A DNA stretch of 32,000 nt from Bacillus subtilis subsp. subtilis str. 168 (lineage in GTDB: Bacteria > Bacillota > Bacilli > Bacillales > Bacillaceae): the NCBI RefSeq assembly GCF_000009045.1, contig NC_000964.3, positions 540,001 to 572,000 of the forward strand, given 5' to 3'. Below are positions 17,493-24,712 of the stretch, one piece after another (within the stretch, counting starts at the first letter, position 1; each line of letters opens with the position of its first letter). The translations under genes and the position numbers were made by a program. The notes under the pieces are model-generated. The model ran no database searches. It was not told where the DNA came from and was given only the letters and a program-made list of their open reading frames with translations.

Positions 17493-17872
17493 GTTATACA
17501 GAAGTAAAATCCCTCGTCTGAGGAATCTTGGAAAAAACTTGGTTCAATTTTGATATAACATGTTTTTTTCTTGCTAATTTAGTTTTTCTATGTATCGCTA
17601 CACATTCTAAATAATAAGATATTAGCCGGACGGTTGATGCCAAGCTCAAAAGTTTATATGGAAGTCAAAGCATAAAAAAGGGTGTTACAACGTGTAGTCT
17701 TCTTTTTATTTTGCCAACGTAACAAGTGTGAAAGTAATGATTTGTAGGATCAGTTAAGAAAGGTTTAAGATTAGATATTGAAAAATTTTATATATTTTCA
17801 ATAAAATACTGGTACTATAATAAATGTATACAGATTGTATGGAGATGTAATTAATTAAAAAGGAGTTTTTAA

Positions 17873-18058
17873 TTGCGTTGGAGTAAATGGTTCAATGTTT
17901 TTTGTATAGTAGCATTGGGATCAATATATGGTTATAAATTATTTACTAACCAAGAAGTCAGTACTACTCGTTTAATAATAGCTTCTGTAATTGTGTTGTG
18001 GAATATTGTTGGACTTTTTAGCAAAGAATCAGTAAAACAAGCACAGCAAGCAAATTAA
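17873..18058 (+). CDS. Small two-TM membrane protein (61 aa), possibly ydzN of strain 168.
   Basis: AAAGGAG lies 9 nt before TTG 17873. The TM segments are FNVFCIVALGSIYGYKLF and LIIASVIVLWNIVGLF. A terminator follows. Confidence 0.6.
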   Translation: MRWSKWFNVFCIVALGSIYGYKLFTNQEVSTTRLIIASVIVLWNIVGLFSKESVKQAQQAN

Positions 18059-18074
18059 AAGTCATAAAGTTGGG

Positions 18075-18112
18075 AAAGAAGGATGTTACTTATGTAGTAT
18101 CCTTCTTTATTA
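18075..18112 (+). terminator. Intrinsic terminator after the 61-aa ORF.
   Basis: AAAGAAGGAT (18075-18084) pairs with ATCCTTCTTT (18099-18108), followed by ATTATT. Confidence 0.65.
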
Positions 18113-18154
18113 TTCCTTGAAAAATGAAACAAATTGGAGATTACAGCTTATATA

Positions 18155-18250
18155 ATCAATTGAAGTCGTTGATTATTTTCATGAACAGGAGATTTAATGC
18201 TTTCTGATGAAATATTATCGTATGAATGTTGCAAGAGGAAACGTTACTCA
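18155..18250 (+). pseudogene. Orphan fragment of a rap gene 3' end.
   Basis: ATCAATTGAAGTCGTTGATTATTTTCATGAACAGGAGATTTAATGCTTTCTGATGAAATATTATCGTATGAATGTTGCAAGAGG aligns base-for-base, with small indels, to rapI 8328-8415 (TCGATTGAAGTCGCTGATTATTTTCATGAACAAGGAAATTTAATGCTCTCTAATGAATATTATCGTATGAGTATTGAAGCAAGACG). There is no upstream rap body. Confidence 0.7.
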
Positions 18251-18407
18251 AAGATTACAGGGATGTGATGAACACTCCTCTTTATCGCACTCACCTGACC
18301 CCAAATTGTTGGGGAAGGGCAGGTACGGAAGATAGAGTATTTTTTCTTCGTAACAAATCGAAAAGGTTGGATAATAAAAAACTTATAATCTAAGGCGGTA
18401 TATAGTT

Positions 18408-19001
18408 GTGAAAAAGGCGTTATTTCTTATATTAGACCAGTATGCAGATTGGGAAGGTGTTTACTTAGCATCTGCATTAAATCAAAGAGAAGATTGGTCG
18501 GTTCACACTGTTTCTTTAGACCCTATTGTAAGCTCAATAGGTGGTTTTAAAACATCTGTCGATTACATAATAGGGTTAGAACCTGCAAATTTTAATTTGC
18601 TAGTTATGATTGGCGGGGATTCCTGGAGTAATGACAATAAAAAACTATTACATTTTGTAAAAACTGCATTTCAAAAAAACATTCCAATAGCAGCGATATG
18701 CGGTGCAGTGGATTTTTTGGCGAAGAATGGTTTGCTGAATAATCATAGCCATACAGGTAATTTTGTTTACTTATGGAAAGATTACAAACAATATAAACCG
18801 ATTAGCAGTTTTGTAGAGAAACAAGCAGTAAGAGATAAAAATTTGGTTACTGCTAATGGAACTGCCCCTATTGAATTTACTAATTTAATTTTAGAGATGA
18901 TTGATTTTGATACTCCTGAGAACATAGAGAAAATGATGTATATGAATCGTTATGGTTTTTATCATTTTTGTGATAAATATGGAAATCCATTTGTTGATTA
19001 A
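18408..19001 (+). CDS. ydeA: DJ-1/PfpI-family (class I glutamine amidotransferase-like) protein (197 aa).
   Basis: GTG start behind TAAGGCGG. The nucleophile-elbow motif is IAAICGAVDFLAKNG. Confidence 0.88.
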   Translation: MKKALFLILDQYADWEGVYLASALNQREDWSVHTVSLDPIVSSIGGFKTSVDYIIGLEPANFNLLVMIGGDSWSNDNKKLLHFVKTAFQKNIPIAAICGAVDFLAKNGLLNNHSHTGNFVYLWKDYKQYKPISSFVEKQAVRDKNLVTANGTAPIEFTNLILEMIDFDTPENIEKMMYMNRYGFYHFCDKYGNPFVD

Positions 19002-19263
19002 TTTGCTGGAAATGATTTTCCCGAATAGGGGGCTTTGCGATTGAGTTGAATTTCCTAATAAAGCAAAGAAAGATGATTTGAGGTCAAGTTTAACAAATAA
19101 TGCCATCAATATTAATTTGCAGTTATTTCCGATTCCTGATATAATAAAGAAGAATTATTTTTGTTCGGTGTAAAGGATAGTATGAAGATTGACTTTTCGT
19201 CTTGATGATACTTTGGGCAAGGATAGTATATACTGTGTGGTTACACACTAGGAGGCAACAAAA

Positions 19264-19464
19264 ATGGAACAAGGTACAGTTAAATGGTTTAATGCAGAAA
19301 AAGGTTTTGGCTTTATCGAACGCGAAAATGGAGACGATGTATTCGTACACTTTTCTGCAATCCAAAGTGACGGATTCAAATCTTTAGACGAAGGTCAAAA
19401 AGTATCGTTTGACGTTGAGCAAGGTGCTCGTGGAGCTCAAGCTGCTAACGTTCAAAAAGCTTAA
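19264..19464 (+). CDS. cspC: Cold-shock protein CspC (66 aa).
   Basis: [34 protein letters not shown] carries the RNP1 (KGFGFI) and RNP2 (VFVHF) motifs. SD is AGGAGG. Confidence 0.98.
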   Translation: MEQGTVKWFNAEKGFGFIERENGDDVFVHFSAIQSDGFKSLDEGQKVSFDVEQGARGAQAANVQKA

Positions 19465-19481
19465 TCTTCAATCGTTTATAC

Positions 19482-19514
19482 AAACAGGCTCTTTATATAG
19501 GGCCTGTTTTTTTA
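19482..19514 (+). terminator. Intrinsic terminator of cspC.
   Basis: AAACAGGC (19482-19489) pairs with GCCTGTTT (19502-19509), followed by a T-run. Confidence 0.8.
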
Positions 19515-19530
19515 TGTCTATATCATACTC

Positions 19531-19563
19531 AATAAAAAACCCTACTCAACGTTCGAGTAGGGA
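19531..19563 (-). terminator. Minus-strand intrinsic terminator about 590 nt downstream of the ydeB stop.
   Basis: The minus strand reads CCCTACTC-GAACGTT-GAGTAGGG followed by TTTTTTATT. Confidence 0.6.
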
Positions 19564-20150
19564 GATGCTACAAGGTAATAGAAAAAGATTTAAAACTTCA
19601 AAGGTTTGTTTACAGTATAACATACTGGATTGACAATATGCGGAATGTATATAAATTATTTAATGTTTTGTTCAAATATAGATAACTGACTCTTTTTTTC
19701 ACTAACCTGTTCGTTCATTTAAGTAAGATTAGATGAATTATAAAAATGGTTTCATCTAAATGTTATCAACTCGCATATCTCTTTTATGAGAAGAAGATAA
19801 ACAATTATTATTCAATGTTGCAGTGGATATAAGAAATTCTTAAAAATAATGAGGAGATCGATTGTTTTTTTCTCCTGGAAATAATCACTTAGAGATACCT
19901 AAAACAATGAAAGCCCTACCTCTCTTCCATCCTTACGGCTCCTTGTCCGTGCCAGTGTGAATCAGGATACTAAAAAAAGTGACTATTTTATTGAGTTTTT
20001 TGGTAAAACTTCAATCTTCGCAGAAGAAATGTAAATAATAAAAATGGATTAGAATGTAGGAATAACAAAAGAGGTCGTTAATGTTCTAAACATAAGTTGG
20101 AGAAGATTTGCTTTTCATCATAATATTCCGAAATATCTTTTGGGATGTAT

Positions 20151-20612
20151 CTAACCAAAACTTTTTATTTGTTTTTCAGTGATTCCTTTAATTACTTCCA
20201 GTTCACTAATCAAAAATTCATATGCATTATCCAGCATTTTTTTTTCGCTTGCATTAAGTGCTTTTTCTTTCTTCATACGCATTAAATCACGTACAACTTC
20301 AGCACCTTCTTGTATTTCACCTGTTTTTATTTTGTCCGTGTTTATTTTGTACCTTTGCTTCCATGGCAGTAACCTATCGGATTCTCCATGCTGAAAAATG
20401 TGCATAATGTGTTTTAATGCAAGTATATCGGTAACTGGTCGTATATTCGAACTCAATATTTTACTCGTTGGAATCATAACTGTCATATTACTGATTGACA
20501 TTCTTATGACATAATACTGTTGTTTTTCCTCTAAGAATTCTTTTTCTTCTATGGCTTCAATTATACCTGCTCCGTGCATTGGATAAACAATGTTATCGCC
20601 AATTTGAAACAT
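20151..20612 (-). CDS. ydeB: CarD/CdnL/TRCF-RID-family RNA-polymerase-binding protein (153 aa).
   Basis: The family N-terminus MFQIGDNIVYPMHGAGIIEAIEEKE starts at ATG 20612, behind GGAGGTGG. The track start at 20654 lies inside a 5'-UTR hairpin. Confidence 0.9.
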   Translation of the reverse strand: MFQIGDNIVYPMHGAGIIEAIEEKEFLEEKQQYYVIRMSISNMTVMIPTSKILSSNIRPVTDILALKHIMHIFQHGESDRLLPWKQRYKINTDKIKTGEIQEGAEVVRDLMRMKKEKALNASEKKMLDNAYEFLISELEVIKGITEKQIKSFG

Positions 20613-20618
20613 ATCATC

Positions 20619-20665
20619 CACCTCCATATATGGTATCCTTCTTAAGATTACCATATATGGAGGTG
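20619..20665 (-). promoter_or_regulatory. Perfect 17-bp hairpin in the ydeB leader that buries the Shine-Dalgarno sequence.
   Basis: Plus strand CACCTCCATATATGGTA (20619-20635) is the exact reverse complement of TACCATATATGGAGGTG (20649-20665), with a 13-nt loop. In the mRNA the 3' arm contains GGAGGTG, 5 nt from the ATG. Confidence 0.6.
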
Positions 20666-20681
20666 TAATATCAAAATTTTA

Positions 20682-20711
20682 ATAATAACATGATCGAATT
20701 TTTGATGTCAA
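20682..20711 (-). promoter_or_regulatory. Candidate sigma-A promoter of ydeB with an extended -10 element.
   Basis: The minus strand reads TTGACA (20711-20706), an 18-nt spacer ending in TGT, then TATTAT (20687-20682). The predicted start lies about 10 nt upstream of the hairpin. Confidence 0.45.
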
Positions 20712-20819
20712 TAACTTTTTTGAAAAAACAGATCAAGCAAAAACAATAGGGAACGTGTCGGATTTCCAATCAGGAAAAGGTCAATTGATCCGTGTGAGCA
20801 GTTTTTCATTGGCTCAATG

Positions 20820-21112
20820 ACATTACAGAAATGATTTGAGTAGATAAGAAAGAACGATATTCGTGAAATGTCAGCTAAAAATATTTAAAGCACATGATTA
20901 AGTTCTAATTTCTTTACCGATTTGATATGGATAACGGCCGACTTACTTAATGATGCATTTTCACTTATCTTGCAAGCAGAAAAAGGTTTGTTGATAAACA
21001 TTTAGCCACCAAATTGGCATTATTATCAGGGAAATTGACAACCTTCAAATGGGTATTGAGGCGAGAAGAAAAATAAAGAAAGGAGAGATTATAAATGAAG
21101 ACCAGAACATAA
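20820..21112 (+). pseudogene. Decayed rap C-terminal region plus a truncated phr start.
   Basis: Translation gives ...NDIREMSAKNI*ST*LSSNFFTDLIWITADLLNDAFSLILQAEKGLLINI*PPNWHYYQGN*, colinear with RapI ...DKEYSAKFKILEGLFFSDGETQLIKNAFSYLASRKMFADVENFSIEVADYFHEQGN. The DNA TATTGAGGCGAGAAGAAAAATAAAGAAAGGAGAGATTATAAATGAAG matches rapI/phrI TATTGAAGCAAGACGAAAAATTAAAAAAGGGGAGATTATTGATGAAA. The phr-like ORF is only MKTRT*. The left border is approximate. Confidence 0.65.
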
Positions 21113-21143
21113 AGAAGTAAAGGGGAAAGAACAAGGTTAATTG

Positions 21144-21179
21144 AAAAGCAAACTATATAAAATAGTTTGCTTTTTTTTG
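21144..21179. terminator. Bidirectional terminator hairpin shared by the rap remnant (+) and ydzE (-).
   Basis: AAAAGCAAACTAT (21144-21156) pairs with ATAGTTTGCTTTT (21162-21174), followed by TTTT. Confidence 0.75.
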
Positions 21180-21480
21180 TTATGACTTCACTTCTTTTTC
21201 TTTCTCTTTAATGACTAATAAAACACCGCTCAGAATTAAAAACGAACCTATCCAAAATGTCCCGCCTATTTGTTCTCCAAGCAGAATCCATCCGAGTAAG
21301 GTTCCAACCAGAGGCTGAAAAAAGAAAAAGAGGCCTCCACTTGAGGCATTTAATAATTGTAAGCCGTGGTTCCACAATAAAAATGCACAAGCTGTTGAAA
21401 CAATTCCCAAATACAAAAGGCCACCTAGAATTTTAGGGTCAAGCAGTAGTGGCGTAAAAATCGTGCTAGGGGAGTACCAT
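21180..21480 (-). pseudogene. ydzE: C-terminal fragment of an EamA/DMT-family permease whose 5' part has been deleted.
   Basis: The 78-aa track ORF (LLWNHGLQLLNASSGGLFFFFQPLVGTLLGWILLGEQ...) corresponds to only the last ~3 TM segments of a ~300-aa family. The frame stays open upstream to a stop at about 21481 (WYSPSTIFTPLLLDPKILGGLLYLGIV) and then abuts the ydeC 3' end. Confidence 0.75.
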
Positions 21481-21513
21481 TAACAGGGACTCCATTTATT
21501 AATAGAATAAACT

Positions 21514-22389
21514 TTATGAATTCATTTTTTTGTATGATAATGGCGTCATATTCATCGCTTGTTGAAATTTACTTATGAAATAACTGGTACTGTTAAATCC
21601 AACTTGATAAGACACTTCTGTCACATTGGATTCAGGGTGTTGCAGTAATAATAAGCTTTTTTGAATTCTATAATCCATTACATAACGTAATGGCGTCTTA
21701 TTCAGCATTCGTTTAAAATAACGGCAGCATTCAGAACGGCTCAGTTGGCCAGCTTTTGCAATGTCCTCTAATGTGATTTTTTCAACATAATGGAGATGGA
21801 TCCAGTTTAACATTTGTTTCATTCGATGACTTTTTATCATTTCAGATTGATCGTACTCTAATTGAAAACCATTAACGACCAGGTTTTTCCACATTAACGT
21901 TAATTGCATCGTAATGTCAATCTCATAGAGCGATGTCTTTTGTTGAATCAATTGATTTATTTTTTTAACAGCATCTAGAATATTTTTTGCCCACTGTTGA
22001 TTTCCAGCCAAAAATAAATAGGGCAAATTGGTTGAAAACATATAGGGCTGAACATAGCTTGAATACAGTTCCTGAGATAAAACGAAATGGGGTGACACAT
22101 TCAAGCAAATATACGTACAATCCGAGCCTTCCTTTTCTTCGGCCATGTGCAGGTAGCCGCTATTGATAAATAATCCATCCCCTTCGTGAACCTCTATTTT
22201 TTCTTCATTTATTTGAAAGAGAGCTATCCCTTTTAGTATCAAAACAAATTGGATTTCATCATGCCAATGAAGCGGAATATAGCCATTTATATTTTGATTG
22301 ATCGTTGTCTTGTAGCAGGCAACTGGCAATTCTACCGTTCGGTGCTCTGTTAATTCTTTTAAATTTTGATCGATCACAAAATTCTTCAT
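21514..22389 (-). CDS. ydeC: AraC-family regulator with an N-terminal cupin domain (291 aa).
   Basis: ATG 22389 (MKNFVIDQNL) lies behind GAGGTG. The cupin-like stretch is PLHWHDEIQFVLILKG. The C-terminal double HTH includes ITLEDIAKAGQLSRSECCRYFKR...GFNSTSYFISKF. Confidence 0.9.
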   Translation of the reverse strand: MKNFVIDQNLKELTEHRTVELPVACYKTTINQNINGYIPLHWHDEIQFVLILKGIALFQINEEKIEVHEGDGLFINSGYLHMAEEKEGSDCTYICLNVSPHFVLSQELYSSYVQPYMFSTNLPYLFLAGNQQWAKNILDAVKKINQLIQQKTSLYEIDITMQLTLMWKNLVVNGFQLEYDQSEMIKSHRMKQMLNWIHLHYVEKITLEDIAKAGQLSRSECCRYFKRMLNKTPLRYVMDYRIQKSLLLLQHPESNVTEVSYQVGFNSTSYFISKFQQAMNMTPLSYKKMNS

Positions 22390-22501
22390 TCTGACTTCAC
22401 ACCTCAATATATTTATATTTTTTCATTCAATTTGAGTATTTTTTATCATGTTTTGCATTTATTATAACACTATTATTATATTTATTAGTGAGGAGTCATG
22501 T

Positions 22502-23461
22502 ATGAATACTTCCAATAGAAGAATGGGATTGTTCTATGTTATCACAGGGGCGACATGTTGGGGGATTGGAGGCACAGTAGCCAAAAAACTTTTTCAAGAA
22601 TATCAAATTGATGTCAATTGGCTTGTAACGACACGCTTGCTTACGGCTGGAATGTTACTTTTAATGCTGCAACTGTTCAGAAAGGATCGTTCCCAGGTTA
22701 TTGAGGTGTGGAAACACAAAGCGTCGGCTGGCCAGCTTCTAATTTTTGGCCTATTGGGAATGCTAGCTGTGCAGTACACATATATGGCATCCATTCAACA
22801 TGGGAATGCTGCCGTTGCTACGTTATTGCAATATTTATCCCCAGTAATCGTCATTATCTACACGCTGTTGCGAAAACAAACGGTTCTTACCAAACAAGAT
22901 ATCATAACTGTTGTACTTGCTTTAGTGGGTTGCTTTTTTTTGTTAACAAATGGTTCAATGTCTCAACTTTCAGTGCCGGCAGCTGCAGTAGTATGGGGAG
23001 TTTTATCAGGATTCGCGGCAGCTTTTTATACTTTGTATGCCGTTGGTTTATTAAATAAATTTGATTCTCTTGTCGTTGTAGGTTGGGCTATGATTATTGG
23101 CGGTTTTGCATTGGGTTTTATCCATCCGCCATGGCAACTGGATTTTCAACGATTAACTGCTGAGGCGTATGCATATATCTTATTCGTGATATTATTTGGA
23201 ACAATGATTGCGTTCTGGTTCTTCATAAAAAGCTTGGAAAGCCTCTCTCCAAAAGAAACAAGCCTACTAGGCAGTCTAGAGCCTCTATCAGCTGTTGTAA
23301 CAACTGTCGTTTGGTTAAAAGCGCCATTTGGTTCTTTTCAATGGATTGGTGCTATTTGTATTATAGGGATAACTTTAATATTGGCTTTACATAAAGAGCC
23401 TTCTATGGAGAGTGAAAAATCGATATTAAAGATTAGGAATCATGCAAATCGGGATATATAG
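22502..23461 (+). CDS. ydeD: EamA/DMT-family transporter (319 aa), divergent from ydeC.
   Basis: ATG 22502 lies behind GTGAGGAG. There are ten hydrophobic segments in two EamA repeats. The upstream part of the track ORF is AT-rich leader. Confidence 0.9.
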
Positions 23462-23480
23462 GGGCTTTTTTTGCTTACAT

Positions 23481-23534
23481 GACCGGTCCGGCAATGAAAA
23501 ACACTGGTGGAGTTTGAGCCCTCTCGGCAGTATC
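23481..23534 (+). repeat. Degenerate copy of the tRNA-Leu 3' end / att core (copy B).
   Basis: GTGGAGTTTGAGCCCTCTCGGCAGTATC compared with attR GTGGAGGTTCAAGTCCTCTCGGCCGCATC gives 23 of 29 matching positions with one gap, by my hand alignment. Weaker similarity extends upstream (GCAATGAAAAACAC versus GGGTGAATAACCC). Confidence 0.6.
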
Positions 23535-23571
23535 AAAAATACCAAGGGTTTTGACGCCCTAGGTATTTTTT
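23535..23571. terminator. Bidirectional terminator between convergent ydeD and ydeE, homologous to the hairpin after attR.
   Basis: AAAAATACCAAGGG (23535-23548) pairs with CCCTAGGTATTTTT (23557-23570), with one mismatch. It has the same AATACCAAGGG arm as 9938-9948. Confidence 0.75.
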
Positions 23572-23613
23572 CTTCAAGAACCTTCAATTTTTCTTCTCTG
23601 ATTGAAAAACGTA

Positions 23614-24486
23614 TTACTTTTTTGTGATTGGTATCCAAATTTCACTTTTAAAAGATGGTGATGTTACATCCTTATGCTCGTTCCACAATATTTCTGGACC
23701 TTCTATTTGTTCGTAATTTGACGATGGAAACCATTCGGAATAAATGCGTCCCCATACTTCTTGCAGTGTATCCGGAAATGGCCCGATTGATTCGAATACA
23801 GCCCATGTTGAGGCAGGAACTTCAAGCCGTGAGAAGTTATCTGGACACCGTTTCGTTGTGGCTGCGCCAATATAGTGATCGAGCTCTCCGTTTTCCTCTG
23901 TCCGACCTTCAGAAAAATTCGTGGATGCACTAATGAGGCCTGATGGTGCTACATTAGATAGCTCTTTTAGTTTATTTATTGCTTTTTCATCTAAACTTTC
24001 CCACATAGATGCAATTTCCGGATTAATTCCTTTGAAAATAATAGGAACTCTTTTTTTAATGCCAACGATGCGAAATGCCTCTTTTTCTTCAATACGGTAG
24101 TTCATTTCATTTCCTCCTTTAATTGTTAGCTGGAAGGTCATTCGTGGATAAGCTTTAAGGGAATGGCCATTAAATCTGGCTTTTGATGGGTTTATGCCAT
24201 GTAAATTTTGGAATGCCCGTGCAAAAGAATCTGGTGAGTTATAACCGTACTTTATTGCAATATCAATCACTTTTACATTGCTGTCTTTCAGTTCAAAAGC
24301 TGCAAGAGTAAGACGTCTGCGACGAATATATTCCGATAATGAAATACCTGCAAGGAAGGAAAACATCCTTTTAAAATGATATTCAGAGCAGAAAGCAAGC
24401 TTTGCTGCCTCTTGAAAATCAATATCATTAGTGAGGTTTTCTTCAATATACTTTAACGCCCTATTCATACTTTTAAGCAAATCCAT
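23614..24486 (-). CDS. ydeE: AraC-family regulator with a C-terminal GyrI-like effector-binding domain (290 aa).
   Basis: The N-terminal HTH pair includes [19 protein letters not shown]...[13 protein letters not shown]. The C-terminal ~150 aa match a GyrI-like/SOUL-type pattern ([11 protein letters not shown]...WIPI). Confidence 0.9.
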
Positions 24487-24712
24487 TTATTTGGCCTCCT
24501 TTAACCAAAGAATAACAGGAGTGAAATGTATTTATCCGACATTCTGTGCACAGTTTTGCAGGATGACTTATATGAAATAAAGTAAGTGATTCACTTGTAT
24601 TTGTACAGGTTTTATTGAAGCATGCTGTTCATAAAAAGGCATCAATAAAAGAAAGTTATAATTGTCTTATAAACGGCACATTCATATAATTGAGTGAAAA
24701 AGGATGCGTATC

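Noticed and set aside
18255-18340. Possible phr remnant after the rap fragment (VMNTPLYRTHLTPNCWGRAGTEDR...).
   Set aside because: It has no signal-peptide-like hydrophobic core and no alignment to phrI. It cannot be distinguished from random sequence.
19123-19387. ORFs 19123..19365 (-) and 19202..19387 (+) overlapping the cspC leader and start.
   Set aside because: They overlap the unmistakable cspC CDS and its 5' UTR, and have no SD.
22603-23058. ORFs 22603..22794 (-) and 22708..23058 (+) inside ydeD.
   Set aside because: They are alternative-frame or antisense shadows of a hydrophobic transporter gene.
23426-23933. ORFs 23426..23638 (-), 23442..23627 (+), 23655..23933 (+) and 23703..23930 (-).
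   Set aside because: The first two run through the convergent terminator and att-like scar. The others are shadows within ydeE.
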